64,000 nucleotides of DNA, taken from positions 27,840,001-27,904,000 of the forward strand of contig CM052818.1 in NCBI GenBank assembly GCA_028534125.1, in the 5' to 3' direction. The notes beneath the pieces were generated by a model. That model had not been told where the DNA came from. It saw only the letters and a list, made by a program, of their open reading frames with translations, and made no database searches. This DNA comes from Lama glama. Its lineage: Eukaryota. Positions 25,491-37,965 of this stretch are shown here, in pieces. Both the position numbers and the translations under genes were made by a program. The stretch's first letter is position 1. Every line of letters begins with the position of its first letter.

Positions 25491-26550
25491 GCCTCACCAA
25501 GCGTTTCTGGTTTTCTTTGGTTTTTGTTGTTGATCTAGGGGAAATCCCCCTAATTGTGCTCATTGACCACATTCTAAAACCCCTCAAAAAATGAAACTGA
25601 AAGCAACAAAAGCTTGTGTGTCTGAGTAGATGTAGAATCTGTACCACTGTGTTCAATCATCGTGCTCTGTCTAAGGACGTCAGAGTGGCCTGGAGGTCAA
25701 ATAACTGATGATACTGGGCAGTGCTGGTCTCTTCAGAGAAATAAATGAGGATGATTCCCTTCAGTGTGTGGTGGCTCCATTTTAATAACTGGCTAGAGAA
25801 TATCCTTCAGGCAGAGCCTACAGGATAGAAATAAACTGAGATGAGAATAACGCTGGGTGGGTCACAGCCAAGTCATGAACCATGTTGATTCCCCCAATTT
25901 ACTGTCACTTGCTTAGTGCCTGTCAGGGCAGCCAGCTGGTTTTCCTCCAGGACACTGTCAGCATGTCCAATTCTGTTTTCTCCACTTCCACAGATGCTGC
26001 AATGATTGTCCTCACAAGGAGGAATCTGAAATATGAATGTCTTAAAGAACTGGAGATTCCTTTTTAACAGCTGTATGGAAATTTGACAGCTCTAGATTTC
26101 TGAAAATAAAATTACATTATCGTATAGGGGTCAGTAATCGCTGATAGATTTGGGTTTTGATCTGTTCTGCCTCTACATTGAGGGTCTAGCAGTTTGTTGT
26201 CTTCTTGTCTATTTTCCTGGACTTTCTAGATCTTTTAAAGGAAACAAATAATTCCACAGGGACCAAAGAAATAGTAGGTCATTTATATTTCATACACAAG
26301 ACTGAAGTGAATGATTACTAAAATTGGGGTATCAGATGAAAGAGAAAAAGTGGTCGAATTCCTAGGGAAAAACAAATAAATGAGCAAACAAGCAAATCAA
26401 AAGCAGTGATAGTTTGGGAATTGCCCCAAGATTGAGAAGAGATTCTTAGGACAGTAGTTTCCTTTCCTCAGAATTCTTAGTGGTTTTGAGGTCCTTTGTT
26501 GACAATTTAAAGGGATTATGTATACAGTTGATGACTCTTTGAGCAAATTT

Positions 26551-26586
26551 TGTGTGTGTGTGTGTGTTGTGTGTGTGTGTTTGTGT
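26551..26586. repeat. (TG)n microsatellite
   Basis: Interrupted tgtgtg run. Confidence 0.92.
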
Positions 26587-26659
26587 CTTTGTCTTTGTTG
26601 GTTTTGGATGTCATCTGGAAAGAGAAAGGAGATTGGGAAATTAGTTTCAATTTCTTCAT

Positions 26660-26950
26660 ATATGAAATCAGGTAACATACCTTAACCTCAGTACAGTTTT
26701 ACTACTTGAATATAACAAATACATAAAATGTTTAGTATTTTCACTTGCACATAACATACCCTCAAAAATTCTATAGGTTTCTGTCTCTGACTCTGCCTCG
26801 TTTAGTCCTGAGAACATTCTTATGAAGATCTTGTCTCCTTTTGAAAACGCCCCTGCACTGAAGCTTAGAGAGATGAAGGGAATTTACACAATTAGGTTTA
26901 AACCTCATTTCTCTGATTTCAAATCTTGGCCTTTTATCCACACACTGCTA
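26660..26950. mobile_element. Two decayed MIR fragments (first +, second -)
   Basis: cttaacctcagt...cttgcacataacataccctcaa, then ctgaagcttagagagatgaagggaattt...tctgatttcaaatc. Confidence 0.5.
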
Positions 26951-28589
26951 AGAAGCGAATATTTGTGGCATCAGGGGAATATACTCTCTTTAAGGATCTT
27001 GAGGCAAGATGTTATGTAGGTAGTGGATGAAATTCTCTCTGTTATGATGCCTAGAGGTGGTCTGATTATGTCCAAACCTCTTATAGATAAATTCTCTTGG
27101 CTTATCTCTGGACCAGCAATGATCAGTCTCATTAGTGTTGTCATCTGTATTTTAAGACCTGTTGATTTCCCTTAGCTGTTCTCCCTTCTAGGTTCCAGTC
27201 ACTTATTCTGCTTTTACTTAAGCTTGATGATTGGTTGTTACAGTTTTGTCATCCCTTCCACACATTTCCCTCACTGAACCTTAACTCTTTTATATAAGGA
27301 CTAGTGTGGAGTGTTTCCTCCACTAGTTTACTTTTTCTGCTCTCAGCACCCTTCAGGATTGATTACCTTTAAAGTTGGATAGAGTTAACTCAACTTTATC
27401 TTTTGAGATGTGTCTTTAATTGCTAAAGGGACTGCCTGCTATTTCTTTTCAAATTATACTGAAATTGCTGACTGAATTTCACTACAACTACCTGGAGGCA
27501 AATTTGGTGGAAAACATTTTATGTTGCTTCCTGAGCCCCGTAATGAAACGTGCTCTATTTGCTTCAAACTACCAAAACTGGCTTCAGTCCGAAATAAAGT
27601 TTCTTAAAATTTTTTCCAGCCAAACATTTCATTGTTTGTATTTTTAAAACTGCCAGCGTAAACAACTCGGTTCTTCCAACTGTGCTTGTGAAATATTTGA
27701 TCTCATTTAGAAGTAAATCACTCACAACCTCTGCCAGGGGACTGTTGTTGATAAAATTAGGGCTTGTATCTTCCAAGGTACTTTCTCCTCTCATGCATAG
27801 AATTCTTAATAAGACAGCTTAAGTGCTGCCCCTGCCTGGTTGAAAACTGTATTGCTTATTGCCTTCTGGTTGGCTGAGGAAATCCCTCCGTCTGCATTTA
27901 CTCTTTTATTTTACCCCAAAAGACCAAATACTACCTTCAGTCTCTGCCACATGCCTGTGACTTGGATTTGGAATCTAAATGTCCTCTTTACCCTCAGTTT
28001 TGTGAGAACTTACAAAGGAAGATGCTTGAGTGGAGGTAGTATGAGATATACTTGGTGTGTCTTTGCATGAGCAAATGTCTGGAGAGGGTATCTCGAATTT
28101 ACCTTCTCTTGTGTTGCCCTCTTAGACCAGAAGACTGGTTCAGATTAAATCTAGAGTACCACACCCCTTGGACTAGGTAATCTATACTTTTGGTTCCTCT
28201 CTAGAGTGGGTTAGCTGTTTATTTTTACCTGCTTTTTCCCATCTATTTTCAAAATTGTCTTTGGTTCATGATTTCTTGCTGATTAGAACTTCCAGCATGC
28301 CACCGTTTATTTAGAAAGGTTTCTCATACATGTCAAATCACCTATTACATATGTACCATTTAGAATGGATTAATAGCATTACACACAATGATTAAGTAAA
28401 AGAAAAATCAAAGTTTGAAGTTTCCTTATATCTTTATTTCTAGTTTATTTTCTTTCTGACCCTTCCCCAAGATTATCTTTAAGATTTCCTTGTTTTAAAA
28501 CAAATATTAGTCAAAATTTTAATAGATGACAAATACCTGTATCTTTTATTGTAGACAAATAACTACACTTTGAGCTACATGTTCTTTCT

Positions 28590-28852
28590 TCTCTATTTGC
28601 AGGTGAAGAAACTTTAGACTTACAGGGAGAAGCAATTTGCCCTACATCATACACACATAACGCATAACCATAGCATGATTTAAACCTAGGTGCTTTGTGT
28701 ATAAACCCCGTTTAACTCTTCAGAACCAAATACCTTGGTTCTACAGTTAAGGAGAATAATGCTTAGAGAAATTAAAACACTTGCATAAACTGGTTGATTA
28801 CATTAAGTAGGTTTTCTAACTTCCAATACTTCTTCCATTGGACCACACTATC
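28590..28852 (-). mobile_element. Decayed MIR fragments
   Basis: tttgcaggtgaagaaact...gaagcaatttgccc; ctacagttaaggagaataatgcttagaga...cttccattggaccacac. Confidence 0.55.
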
Positions 28853-30299
28853 TTTTAACTTAATTAGGTAAAGCCATTGAAGTAGATTGCACTAATATCT
28901 GTGCAGTGGTGGAACAGCACCCTTTATTTTCTTTCTCTTGGCATGTCCTTACTATCTTTTGTGCTCCTTGTTTCTTCCTTGGATCTTTTGTTCTGTTCCT
29001 GTGACCATACCCTCCCTCTGGTGCAGGGCTTGCATCCTCAAGGGAGACTTGAATTGCTTGTGCCTGAACAAAGTTGCTGCTTAAAAAAAAAAATCCTGAT
29101 AGAATAAGCTCTTTCCCACCAGGTTAGCCCTCTTGTTCCTTTATTTCCTGTACCGTGAAATTGTCACTGTTGAAGCATCAGAAACCTCATCCTAATTTAA
29201 CCACGCAAATTAGTTTAGGTCAGTATCCTTGAGGGTCTGAAAGAATCAGTGAAGCATAGAATTTTGGGGCTGGGAGGGCTCCTCAGTGCTGGTCTAAAGG
29301 AATTTAAGGAGTGGTTCTATTGAAATTGGGCATCGTGCCTAAAAGGAATCTAATATATTCAGTGTCTGCTTTCAGTTCCCCTTTGATTTCCTTTTAGATG
29401 TGTTGGCAGAGGTATAGACTTGTGCCCTATTAATCCATTTCTGTGAAAGCAGCAGGATAAGGTGTAAATGTCCTGAAGAGCAAATCATAGCTGTTATGTG
29501 TGGGTAACGCCAATGCATATTTCCAGACTTAGCGCTTTTGAAACTCTCTGCTAGCAACACTGATCCCTGTGACGGTGGTCTTTGTCAGCTAAATTAAAAA
29601 AGTGCCGTCTGTAATTAGGCAGAAACATGTAGTGGGAGTTACCTTGGAAACCCTGAATTTCAGTGGGCAATCCTGGGTCCTTTGCCTTTTTCACAATCCT
29701 GAATACCATTCAGTGCAAATTTATATAAAACTCTTCGGTTTTGTGAGTTAAAGCCCATCAAGCAACCAATGAATAACATGACTGAAAAATTTTACTACAA
29801 GTCTGTGATGCCTGAAGGATTCAGAGGACCACAGTATATATCCGCATTCACGTTTGTTGGCACATCTGTGACTGAGTCGTCAGAGTTCCGTAATGTCACT
29901 ATATTATGAAGCAAATATTTGAACAAGATGTTAAGGGGCTAAATCACCCAGGCGTGCTTATTTTCAAATAATTTCTTATGACCAAATCCGTTGAGCTTTG
30001 CTGGACTCATAAATTGCACTGGCATTTAGAGAGGCGACATTGTGCCCAGAAATAGTGTGATCATGTTAGGTAAGCCCAGGACATAAAATATATTCATACT
30101 GCATTGGGTGAGCACAGGCTACTGGGGAGAGAATAACTTTCAAATCTCTTACCACATAATAGAGAGAGACTTGCTTTGAACCATAAAGCTAACCCAAGTC
30201 CACACATATAGCTGACATTAATTTTGCAATATAAATAAGGTTTACTTCCATCCTTAGGGCACTTGAAGATAGGAAATATGAAAAGAATGTACCAAAACC

Positions 30300-30990
30300 T
30301 TTGTTTATTCATTAAACATCTATAAATCTGTTGTGCCACCAACTGTTTGTTGGGCTGTCTTATAGGCACTAGAGATACTGGTGGAGAAAACTGACAAAAA
30401 TTTTTTCTTCCCTGATACGTACATTCTAGTGGAAGGAAATCAGCAATAAACATACTAAATAACCCAAACATATAGTATAATAGAAGAAAATAAGCACTGT
30501 CAGGGGTGGAGGGGAACTAGAGCAAGATAAGGGAGCTTAGGTAGTTGCATATTTAAATAGAATACATGGTACTTTCCTGAGAGGGCAACATTTAAGCAGA
30601 ATGACCATGAAGGAAAAGTGAACCGTGTGGATATCTGGAGGAAGGGAGTGTCAGGAAGAGACTTCAAGTGCTAAAGTCCAGAGATGGGAGTGCGCCTGGA
30701 TGGTTCCAGAAACAGTAAAGAAGCTAGGTTATCGGGAGGGAAGTGAGTAAGGGGATAAGACCTGCAAGAAAATGTTGGGGTGTGGTGGGGAGTGGGAAAG
30801 GCTAGATTTCGTAGCTTTGTTAGCTTTGTTTTGACTCTGATGACATGGGAGCCACAGTAGTGCTTTGAGCAGAGGAGCAATATGATCTGATTTTCATTTG
30901 GAAAACTCTGGCTGCTGCACTGAATAGAGGGTAATGGGGAATGGTAGACATAGGGACAGATTAGTAGCCTAGGCAGTAATGTCAGGTCAA
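30300..30990 (-). mobile_element. L2a 3' region
   Basis: taggcactagagatac...acattctagtgg...gtggatatctggaggaag...tttgagcagaggag...atgatctga...actctggctgct. Confidence 0.88.
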
Positions 30991-32774
30991 GCTGAATACA
31001 AGAGTAATGGAAATTTCTATACTAGCGGAGTAGCCAAAGTCATTGCAATATAGATGTAAATGTGCCAAAAGGCAGTACTTTACTTGGTTTATAGTAATGT
31101 AGAGTCAACAGTAATGGGGACAGGGTGCTTGGAAAGACTAGCTTATTCACTTTTCTGTGATATTGTGCAGTATGAATAAGATTGCACTTATTGTTAGAGA
31201 ACAGGCAGTTTTTAGACAGATGTGTTTTAACTGTACTACATGGTCTTCTAATTGTTTCAAACTCCAGTCTGCTGAAATTCACTGAAGTGTCAGTTCTAGA
31301 AATCTTTATTTTAATGGTGGTGAGAAATCATTTAACCATAGATTGGTACTAATCTCCAGCATGAAATAACATATTAGGTTGTTGAAGTGTCAAGTGTGGG
31401 GCTTCAGAGAATAGGACTTAGAGATAAAATTTTGGTGGGCGAAGGGAGGAGAGGACTGTCTTATGAGGTTTACCATGGACGGTTCTAAGCAGCCAAGCAT
31501 GAAGTGACAGTTTTGAGTTCTTGAGAGGGAGTGAGTCCACTAAGAGGGATTCTGGTGAATTAGTTAAAAGAGACTCCACCTAATTCACACCTCTGTTTTA
31601 GGGCTTCCCAGTACCCCAAGTGCTAGAAAAAGCTTGCATGTGTTCAGATGGGATCTGATTTAACATCAATATGTGCTGGAATTATTTATGCCCAGTGTGA
31701 ATTCTTTACGCTTGCAGCTGACCTGCTTGATTTCATTAGGTGCGTTCTGTAATGCAATGATGGAAACACTTCAGTGGAAATTTGCTTTAGCTCCTTATTG
31801 GAAGGAAACCTTTTGGTGACAGTAATACTAGTCTAATTTTGATAATTGTACCAAAGGGAAGAAAGGATAAAAAGAGAAGGGGGTTTCCATGAGTAGTTCT
31901 GAAATTTGAAAGAACCAGAGCAGAGCTAGAGCCATGGATTGAGTGAGTCATGAGGAGATGAGAAGATAAGCCACAGGTACCCCCTTCCAGCAGTGGGGGG
32001 GGGGAACCTGTGGCTTATCCTTTACATTTCAATCTCCTCCAGTCCACATACATTGTAAAGTCCTCTTATTTGGGTTTTGAGCTAAAAGTCACTTTTAACC
32101 AGTCCTTCTAAAAAGGCTCTTTTAGACAGAGAAGCATACTTGTTTGCTTGATACTTTTAAACAAGCAACTAAGAAATATAGAAGTGAAAATATCCTAGCC
32201 AGATAGGATATACTCTCTCTTAGACAGACCTGTAAATAGCAAAAAAAGGGCTAGGACATCAACTATTCACTCTCCAGTGCTGATGTTGCTCTGTGGTCAT
32301 TCAGGAAATATTCCTTCAGTTGTTCTCTGTGTCATCAGTAATGTGTTCACTCCTCTTCATTCCCTACAACCTACTACACTAACTTGGGGGCAACTGCCTA
32401 TTTGGTACCATTTCAGGGGAAACTAGAAGGATTACAGAGAATGCCAGGCTAGCAAGACATGAAGTAAACACTGAAGTAGGTACAGGAATGGGAAGCTGCT
32501 GTGTAGTGTGTGTGCTGATGGAAAGCTGTTCAAATAGGGATGGGTGGAATAACCCCTGCCTCCGAAGCTAGGTACTGACACAGTTCTAGAGTGTTAGTGC
32601 TGAGAAGAGGAAGGTGAAGAGCCACTTCTGGTGGCATCAGTTAAGCAAGGGTTGAACTTAAACTTTCTGGCTGACCATGTCCCAACAAACGTTCTCTCTC
32701 TTGGCTTCGTTCTCCCTCTGTTTTGGTTATGCATTGAACAAATATAATAACTATCCCACAATTAGATTGAGAAA

Positions 32775-33339
32775 CATAGCAGTTTATGTTTTCTTAAAAT
32801 GGCCTTACCAAGATTTTCAGTCCTGCGTACTCTCTTGGAACTTTGCCACACGCCCATTAAGAGGTGGAGTATATTTCGTCTCCCTTCCTCTTGAACCTGC
32901 AAGAGTATTTGGAACTCCTCAATGAATATACTGTTCCAGAAATGACACCACCTGATGTCTGAAGCTATGTCATGACATGGAATATGGCTTCTGTCTGTGT
33001 GTGTGTCTCCTTCAGGATGCTTGCTTGTAGAACCCATCCGCCATGTTGTCAGGAAGCCCAAGCTGCATGGAGAGGTGACATACCAGTGTTCTGGCCATTA
33101 GCCCCAACTAAGGTCCTAGACGACAGTTGACATCAGCTGCCAGATATTTGAGTGAATGAGATTTCAGATGATTTTAGCTCCTAGCTATTGAGCTATGCCA
33201 ACTAGTGCCAGGGGGAGCAGGAATGAACTGTCCTTGACAAGCTCTGCCCAAATTATAGATTTGTAAGCAAGATAAATGTTGTTGCTTTAAGCCAGTAAGG
33301 TTTGAGATTGTTTGATACAAAGCAGTAATAACTGGACTA
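32775..33339 (+). mobile_element. MLT1G-like MaLR solo LTR
   Basis: aagaggtggagt...gccatgttgtcaggaagcccaag...tcagctgccagatat...ctctgcccaaatt...taagcaagataaatg...gcagtaataactgga. Confidence 0.88.
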
Positions 33340-33584
33340 GGAAAAAAAAACTGTATTCTGAAAAGAGGAAATTATAGCCTATAGCAAGGGCAGGTTTTCC
33401 TTCTATGAAGCAATAATGATACAATATAATTATAACAGACACAGCTGCTTTGTCCTTCTCATTAATTTCCCTGCATAAGACATTATTCTAAAATTAAATC
33501 ATTGGATAGTGAAGTAAAGAAAAATGTGAAACACTCTGCTCGGTCCTCTAACAGACTAGGAAAGTATATAAACCCAGATACGAC

Positions 33585-33940
33585 TGTGCTTCTCCCTAAA
33601 GAGGCAGCACTTTATTATTCGGGAGTCTTCTAATCTAACACCCTCCACTCTAAGGGCAGGCCCCGGGCTTTGTTTCCTGTCTCCCATCTCCTGTGCAGCT
33701 GTCAAAAATGAGGCTCAAGGTCACCAGAGATTATCAGGTGCCTTCAAAGTAGCCAGTAGCTTTAGAGTTTGCTTAACTCTCTAGATTACTGCTTTCATTT
33801 TGTTTTTGGCCTCTGAGGACATCCCTTGCATTCTTGTAAAGTGAAGACAAAACTCTTTTTTCTAACCCAGTATTTGTAGTTGTTTCCAGCAGGAAGATTA
33901 GTTTTCACAATATGTGGGTGCTTATTTGCCAGAAATTAAA
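33585..33940 (-). mobile_element. Old L1ME-type 5' fragment
   Basis: gggcaggccccgggctttgtttcctgtctcc...ctgctttcattttgtttttggcctctgagga...tttgccagaaat. Confidence 0.55.
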
Positions 33941-35914
33941 ATTTGGCTTTTTTTTTTTAAGGTAGTTTGTATTGAGTGATACAGACCCTCTTGTTTGTTT
34001 CCTCTTTGGTGTCACAATATAATCTTCAAGTAACTTGACTGGGATAGAAATTCAGTTGAAAGTCAAAGCTTGAAGTTTATTCTCGCATAATTCTCTCAAA
34101 TAATTAGGAGGTTGAAAAGGCAATTTGACTTTTCTTATTCAACCTTTTTTAACCAAATGAACTACTGGACACAAATTACCTCTCCAAACTCAGCTTTCTT
34201 TGAGCTTCATTCGATGACCAAACTTTACAGAAATTATTGTGGTTGGTTTTCTTCATGGATGTGATTTTGAGTGTCATGAAAGTACTCTTAGGTATAAACT
34301 GCACCCTAGTTTATTTTATAAATTGAATCATCTGCTCCCTTCAGTAGTTTCACAGCCCTGAAAACCAGAATTAAGGTGGGTAGAAACCGGCTCTCTAAAA
34401 ATTTTAAGTTCCTAAGCAATTTTGTGATCCTTGCTGAGACCTAAGGATCTTTCTGTATGTAGTATTTCTTTGATGCTTCCATTAGAAAATATATATTTAC
34501 ATGTGGAACATATTCAGCTGCAAGAGTGTAGAGAGAGATGCAAGTTAAGCGTGAAGGTGGATTCCAGGCACTTGGTTAAAATTTTCAAGCTTGCAGGCTA
34601 GAGGCAATTTTTAAAATGGTAACTTTTGCTTTTGAAGCAGAACAGACATTATCTCAAGCTAGCTCATTTGTTTTTGATTCTCTTTGCTTTCTAAGGGCAT
34701 TTTTAACCAACTGACCAATCTGGGAAGACGTAGGTAATGAATGTCTTATCTATTATGGCTTGAGGTGCTCAATTCACAAATCATAAATCAAATGTCAACA
34801 GATGCTACATGAAGCAAACGTTAAACTCAAAAGATTCAGAGCTTTGAATTGTAATTTTGTAGGGAAGTTGATATATAGTCAGTAAAGGAAACAAAAGTTA
34901 TTGGGAGAGAAATGAAACAAGTAGGATTGGCTTGAAGGAAAGTCATTCAAAACAGCATCTGTGTATGATGCAGTCTGACTCATATGAAGTGAAGTGTATT
35001 CACCATAATGACTAGAGATCATTTGATTGTTAAGTAAATCCAGTCACCTGTGGTAACTTGGAAATAGAACAGAACTGCTTGTAAAGTTTTAAAAATCATG
35101 ATTATAGTGCAGTTTTACTGAAGGTCTGATACCCTCCAGGTTTATAAGGATGAGCTGTGTTACTGAAAACTGGAAACGTTTCTCTGAAGAATATGAAAGA
35201 GTTAAGCTAATTGTTTCTATTTCCTCAAATTGCACTTCATTTAAGATAAGTTCAGAAGCTTCTGACTTTTGACATTACAAAACCTTATCAAAATAACAGT
35301 AAATAAAAAATAATTTAAATGCAAACTATCAAGATTTATTAAATAAATAGAATTAACTAGCTCTCAGAATGCTGGGTTCAAGTTTTATAATATATTGTAC
35401 TGTGTATGAATGGTATTTGGAAGCAAGACCCAAAGTACTACATTCAAATTAGTACTTTGAAGAGAAGCATTTACAGATAGGTGACATATAATAATCAAAG
35501 CAAAAATAAATTGTAATACACATTAACTCTATAAACATTTTAGGTAAGTTAAATCAGTTCCTTATACATAGCTACAGAAATATAAACTAGGAACCCCATC
35601 TCAGACAAGAGACTTTAAAAATCAAGCCCTCGAGCAAAGTGTTAATTAAACTCAATGCTTGAGGACTATATTCTTGACCAATGAGAGAGGAAGGAGGGAG
35701 CAGGAGCAGTAAAAAGATTGTCTTGTTGCTCTTCTAAAAATTCCCCCTTGGTTTAAATAGGCTGAAATGTAGTGATCTAATTAATTCAACCACTTTTCCA
35801 AAGAGGTTTGGGATTGACATATTTTCTATGTAAATTCTAAATGGCCGTGTCTTCTGGCAATATAAAAGAAGATGGTAGTATCAGTCATAGATGATGCCTC
35901 CCTCTCCCTTATTT

Positions 35915-36625
35915 ATGTCCATCCATTCATGCTTCATTTATTCATTCAAAAAGCATAATTGTAATAGGCGCTCTTCTAGGTACGAGGGCCACTGAACAGC
36001 AAAACACAGTGTCTGAAGTCATACATAAATCCTGTTGATTCTTTATTCACTACTCCAGTATTTACACTGATCAACCATGAATTCGTTATATTATTTACTT
36101 TCTCAAGCATAGCAAGATCCAAATTCTGGTCCATGTCTGAGGAGTTTATGTCTATAGCTGGACCAAAAATAAAAGTAAAAAAGTAAAGCAACATTGTAAA
36201 TGCCACAGTATTTATGAGTGCAGGGAACCATGTAAGTAATTGGTTCCTCCCATGGCAAGTATCTGGGAAGGCTACTTAGTGGGGAAGATTAATGTCTTGA
36301 GATTTGAAGATAGTTGCTAGTTAGAAGGAGGAAAGTAGATGTGCAGAATAATCTATGAAAAAAAGCAGCATGTTCAAAATTACAAAGATGTGTAAGACAG
36401 AATCTGCAGATAGGTAATGTGGCTACAGTGCAGGTGGGAATGGGGGACCTGGTAAGAAAAGATGAGGGCATAGAGGCAGATACATCAGGAGAGTTTAGAG
36501 GGCAACGTTAAGAAGTTTGAATTTTCGCCTGAGAGCTGTGGAGAGCTGATGAAGGCTGTGTAGCAGGAAGAGACAGGGTGAGAGATTTGCTTCCAAGAGA
36601 AGCCACCCTGGCATCAGGGTAGAGC
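35915..36625 (-). mobile_element. L2 (L2b/c-like) fragments
   Basis: L2 tail tccattcatgcttcatttattcattcaa, plus body gttaagaagtttgaatttt...gagagatttgc...ccaccctggca. Confidence 0.75.
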
Positions 36626-36959
36626 CTCTTCTCCAGCTGGACTGTTTTACATGAAATTTGTTATTTGAATGCATGTTCTTGCTTCCATGCTCTTTGTTTT
36701 TTATTGTTCTGTCTACATTAGTGCTTCTCCCCTTTTCTTCCCATCCTAATCACAGCAGTTTCTCAAAGGTCAGTACAATTCTCACTTCCCCATTCAGCAG
36801 ACTTCAAGAGATGTTATTGAACACTTGTGACATCAGACATGGTTCCTGCCCTCGTGCAGAATTTCCCAATTATGCCAACTGGAAGTGAATTCACTTTACT
36901 TCACACTCCTATAGGAGTTTGTTCATACCACTCATATGACATTTATTTGGAATTCCCTT

Positions 36960-37965
36960 TGTATCCCTCATGGTTCTGTCAGGAAACAAGCAACACACTT
37001 ATATTGGGCAATTTGCAAGGAATTGGGTAAAAGGACTATTTACAAAGACGTGAACAGATGTTGGGATCCGTACTGCTATGAAACAAACTACCCCAAACTT
37101 AGTGACATAAAATATGACACCCACGGATCCTATGGGTCAGGAATTAGAGAAGGACACAAAGAGGATGATTCTTTTCTGCTCCATGATATCTGAGGCTTCA
37201 GCTGAGAAGCTTTAAAGCTGGGGGTTGAATTGGTGGCTGTGTTTACATTGATTTGAAGGCATCTTCCTCACATGTTTACCACCTGGGCTGGCATTGTGGA
37301 TGGAACACATATATATGATCTTTCCATGTGGCTTGGCTGGGCTTCTTCACAGTAAGCTTGCCATGGGATAGTAGGACTTTTTTATATGTTGTCCTGGGGC
37401 TCAAAGCAAAAAAGGCACAAGCTGAGCGGTCCTTTTTGAGATAGCCTCAGAAGTCACAGAATACTGGTTTTGCTGCGTTCTATTAGATATAAGTAGGTGT
37501 CCAAGGCCAGCCCAGTTTCAAGCAAAAATGTTCCAGACCTCATTGAACAATAGGAGTAGTGTCAAAGGGTTTGCACACATGTCTTAAACTGCCACAGCAG
37601 GGTTTATAGAAGTTAACAAGGGGATAGTGCAGTGTTCCTAGGTCTAGCCACAGCAGTAGCTGAATTCCTACTTCTGAAGAAGCAAAGGAGGGGAACATTT
37701 CCCAGAATCGAGACTTATAGGGGAGAACCACATAATGGTACCATGACCTTCAGTAGTGAGATGTAGCTAAATGAGAGCAAGAAGGAATAAGGATGCAGGA
37801 AAGAAACACCTGACCCCACGTTCTTCATGCCCTCTGGTGCCTCTGCATGGGCCAAACCCAACCGGCAGCCTGGGAGTTCATTCCATACCGATCAACCTCC
37901 TCAGGCTAAGAGCTGGGTAAGAGTATTAGAAAGTGGATCTGGTGGGACATACGGAAGATGTCCCT
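36960..37965 (-). mobile_element. ERVL LTR (LTR40-like), interrupted by an MLT1 LTR
   Basis: caggaaaca...cacactta...ggactatttacaaag on the left. gggatagtgcagt...gggccaaacccaacc...agtggatctgg on the right. Confidence 0.72.
37059..37596 (-). mobile_element. MLT1H/G-like MaLR solo LTR
   Basis: acaaactaccccaaacttagtg...tgggtcaggaatt...tctgctccatgat...agcctcagaagtcac...aaggccagcccag...taaactgccaca. Confidence 0.85.
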
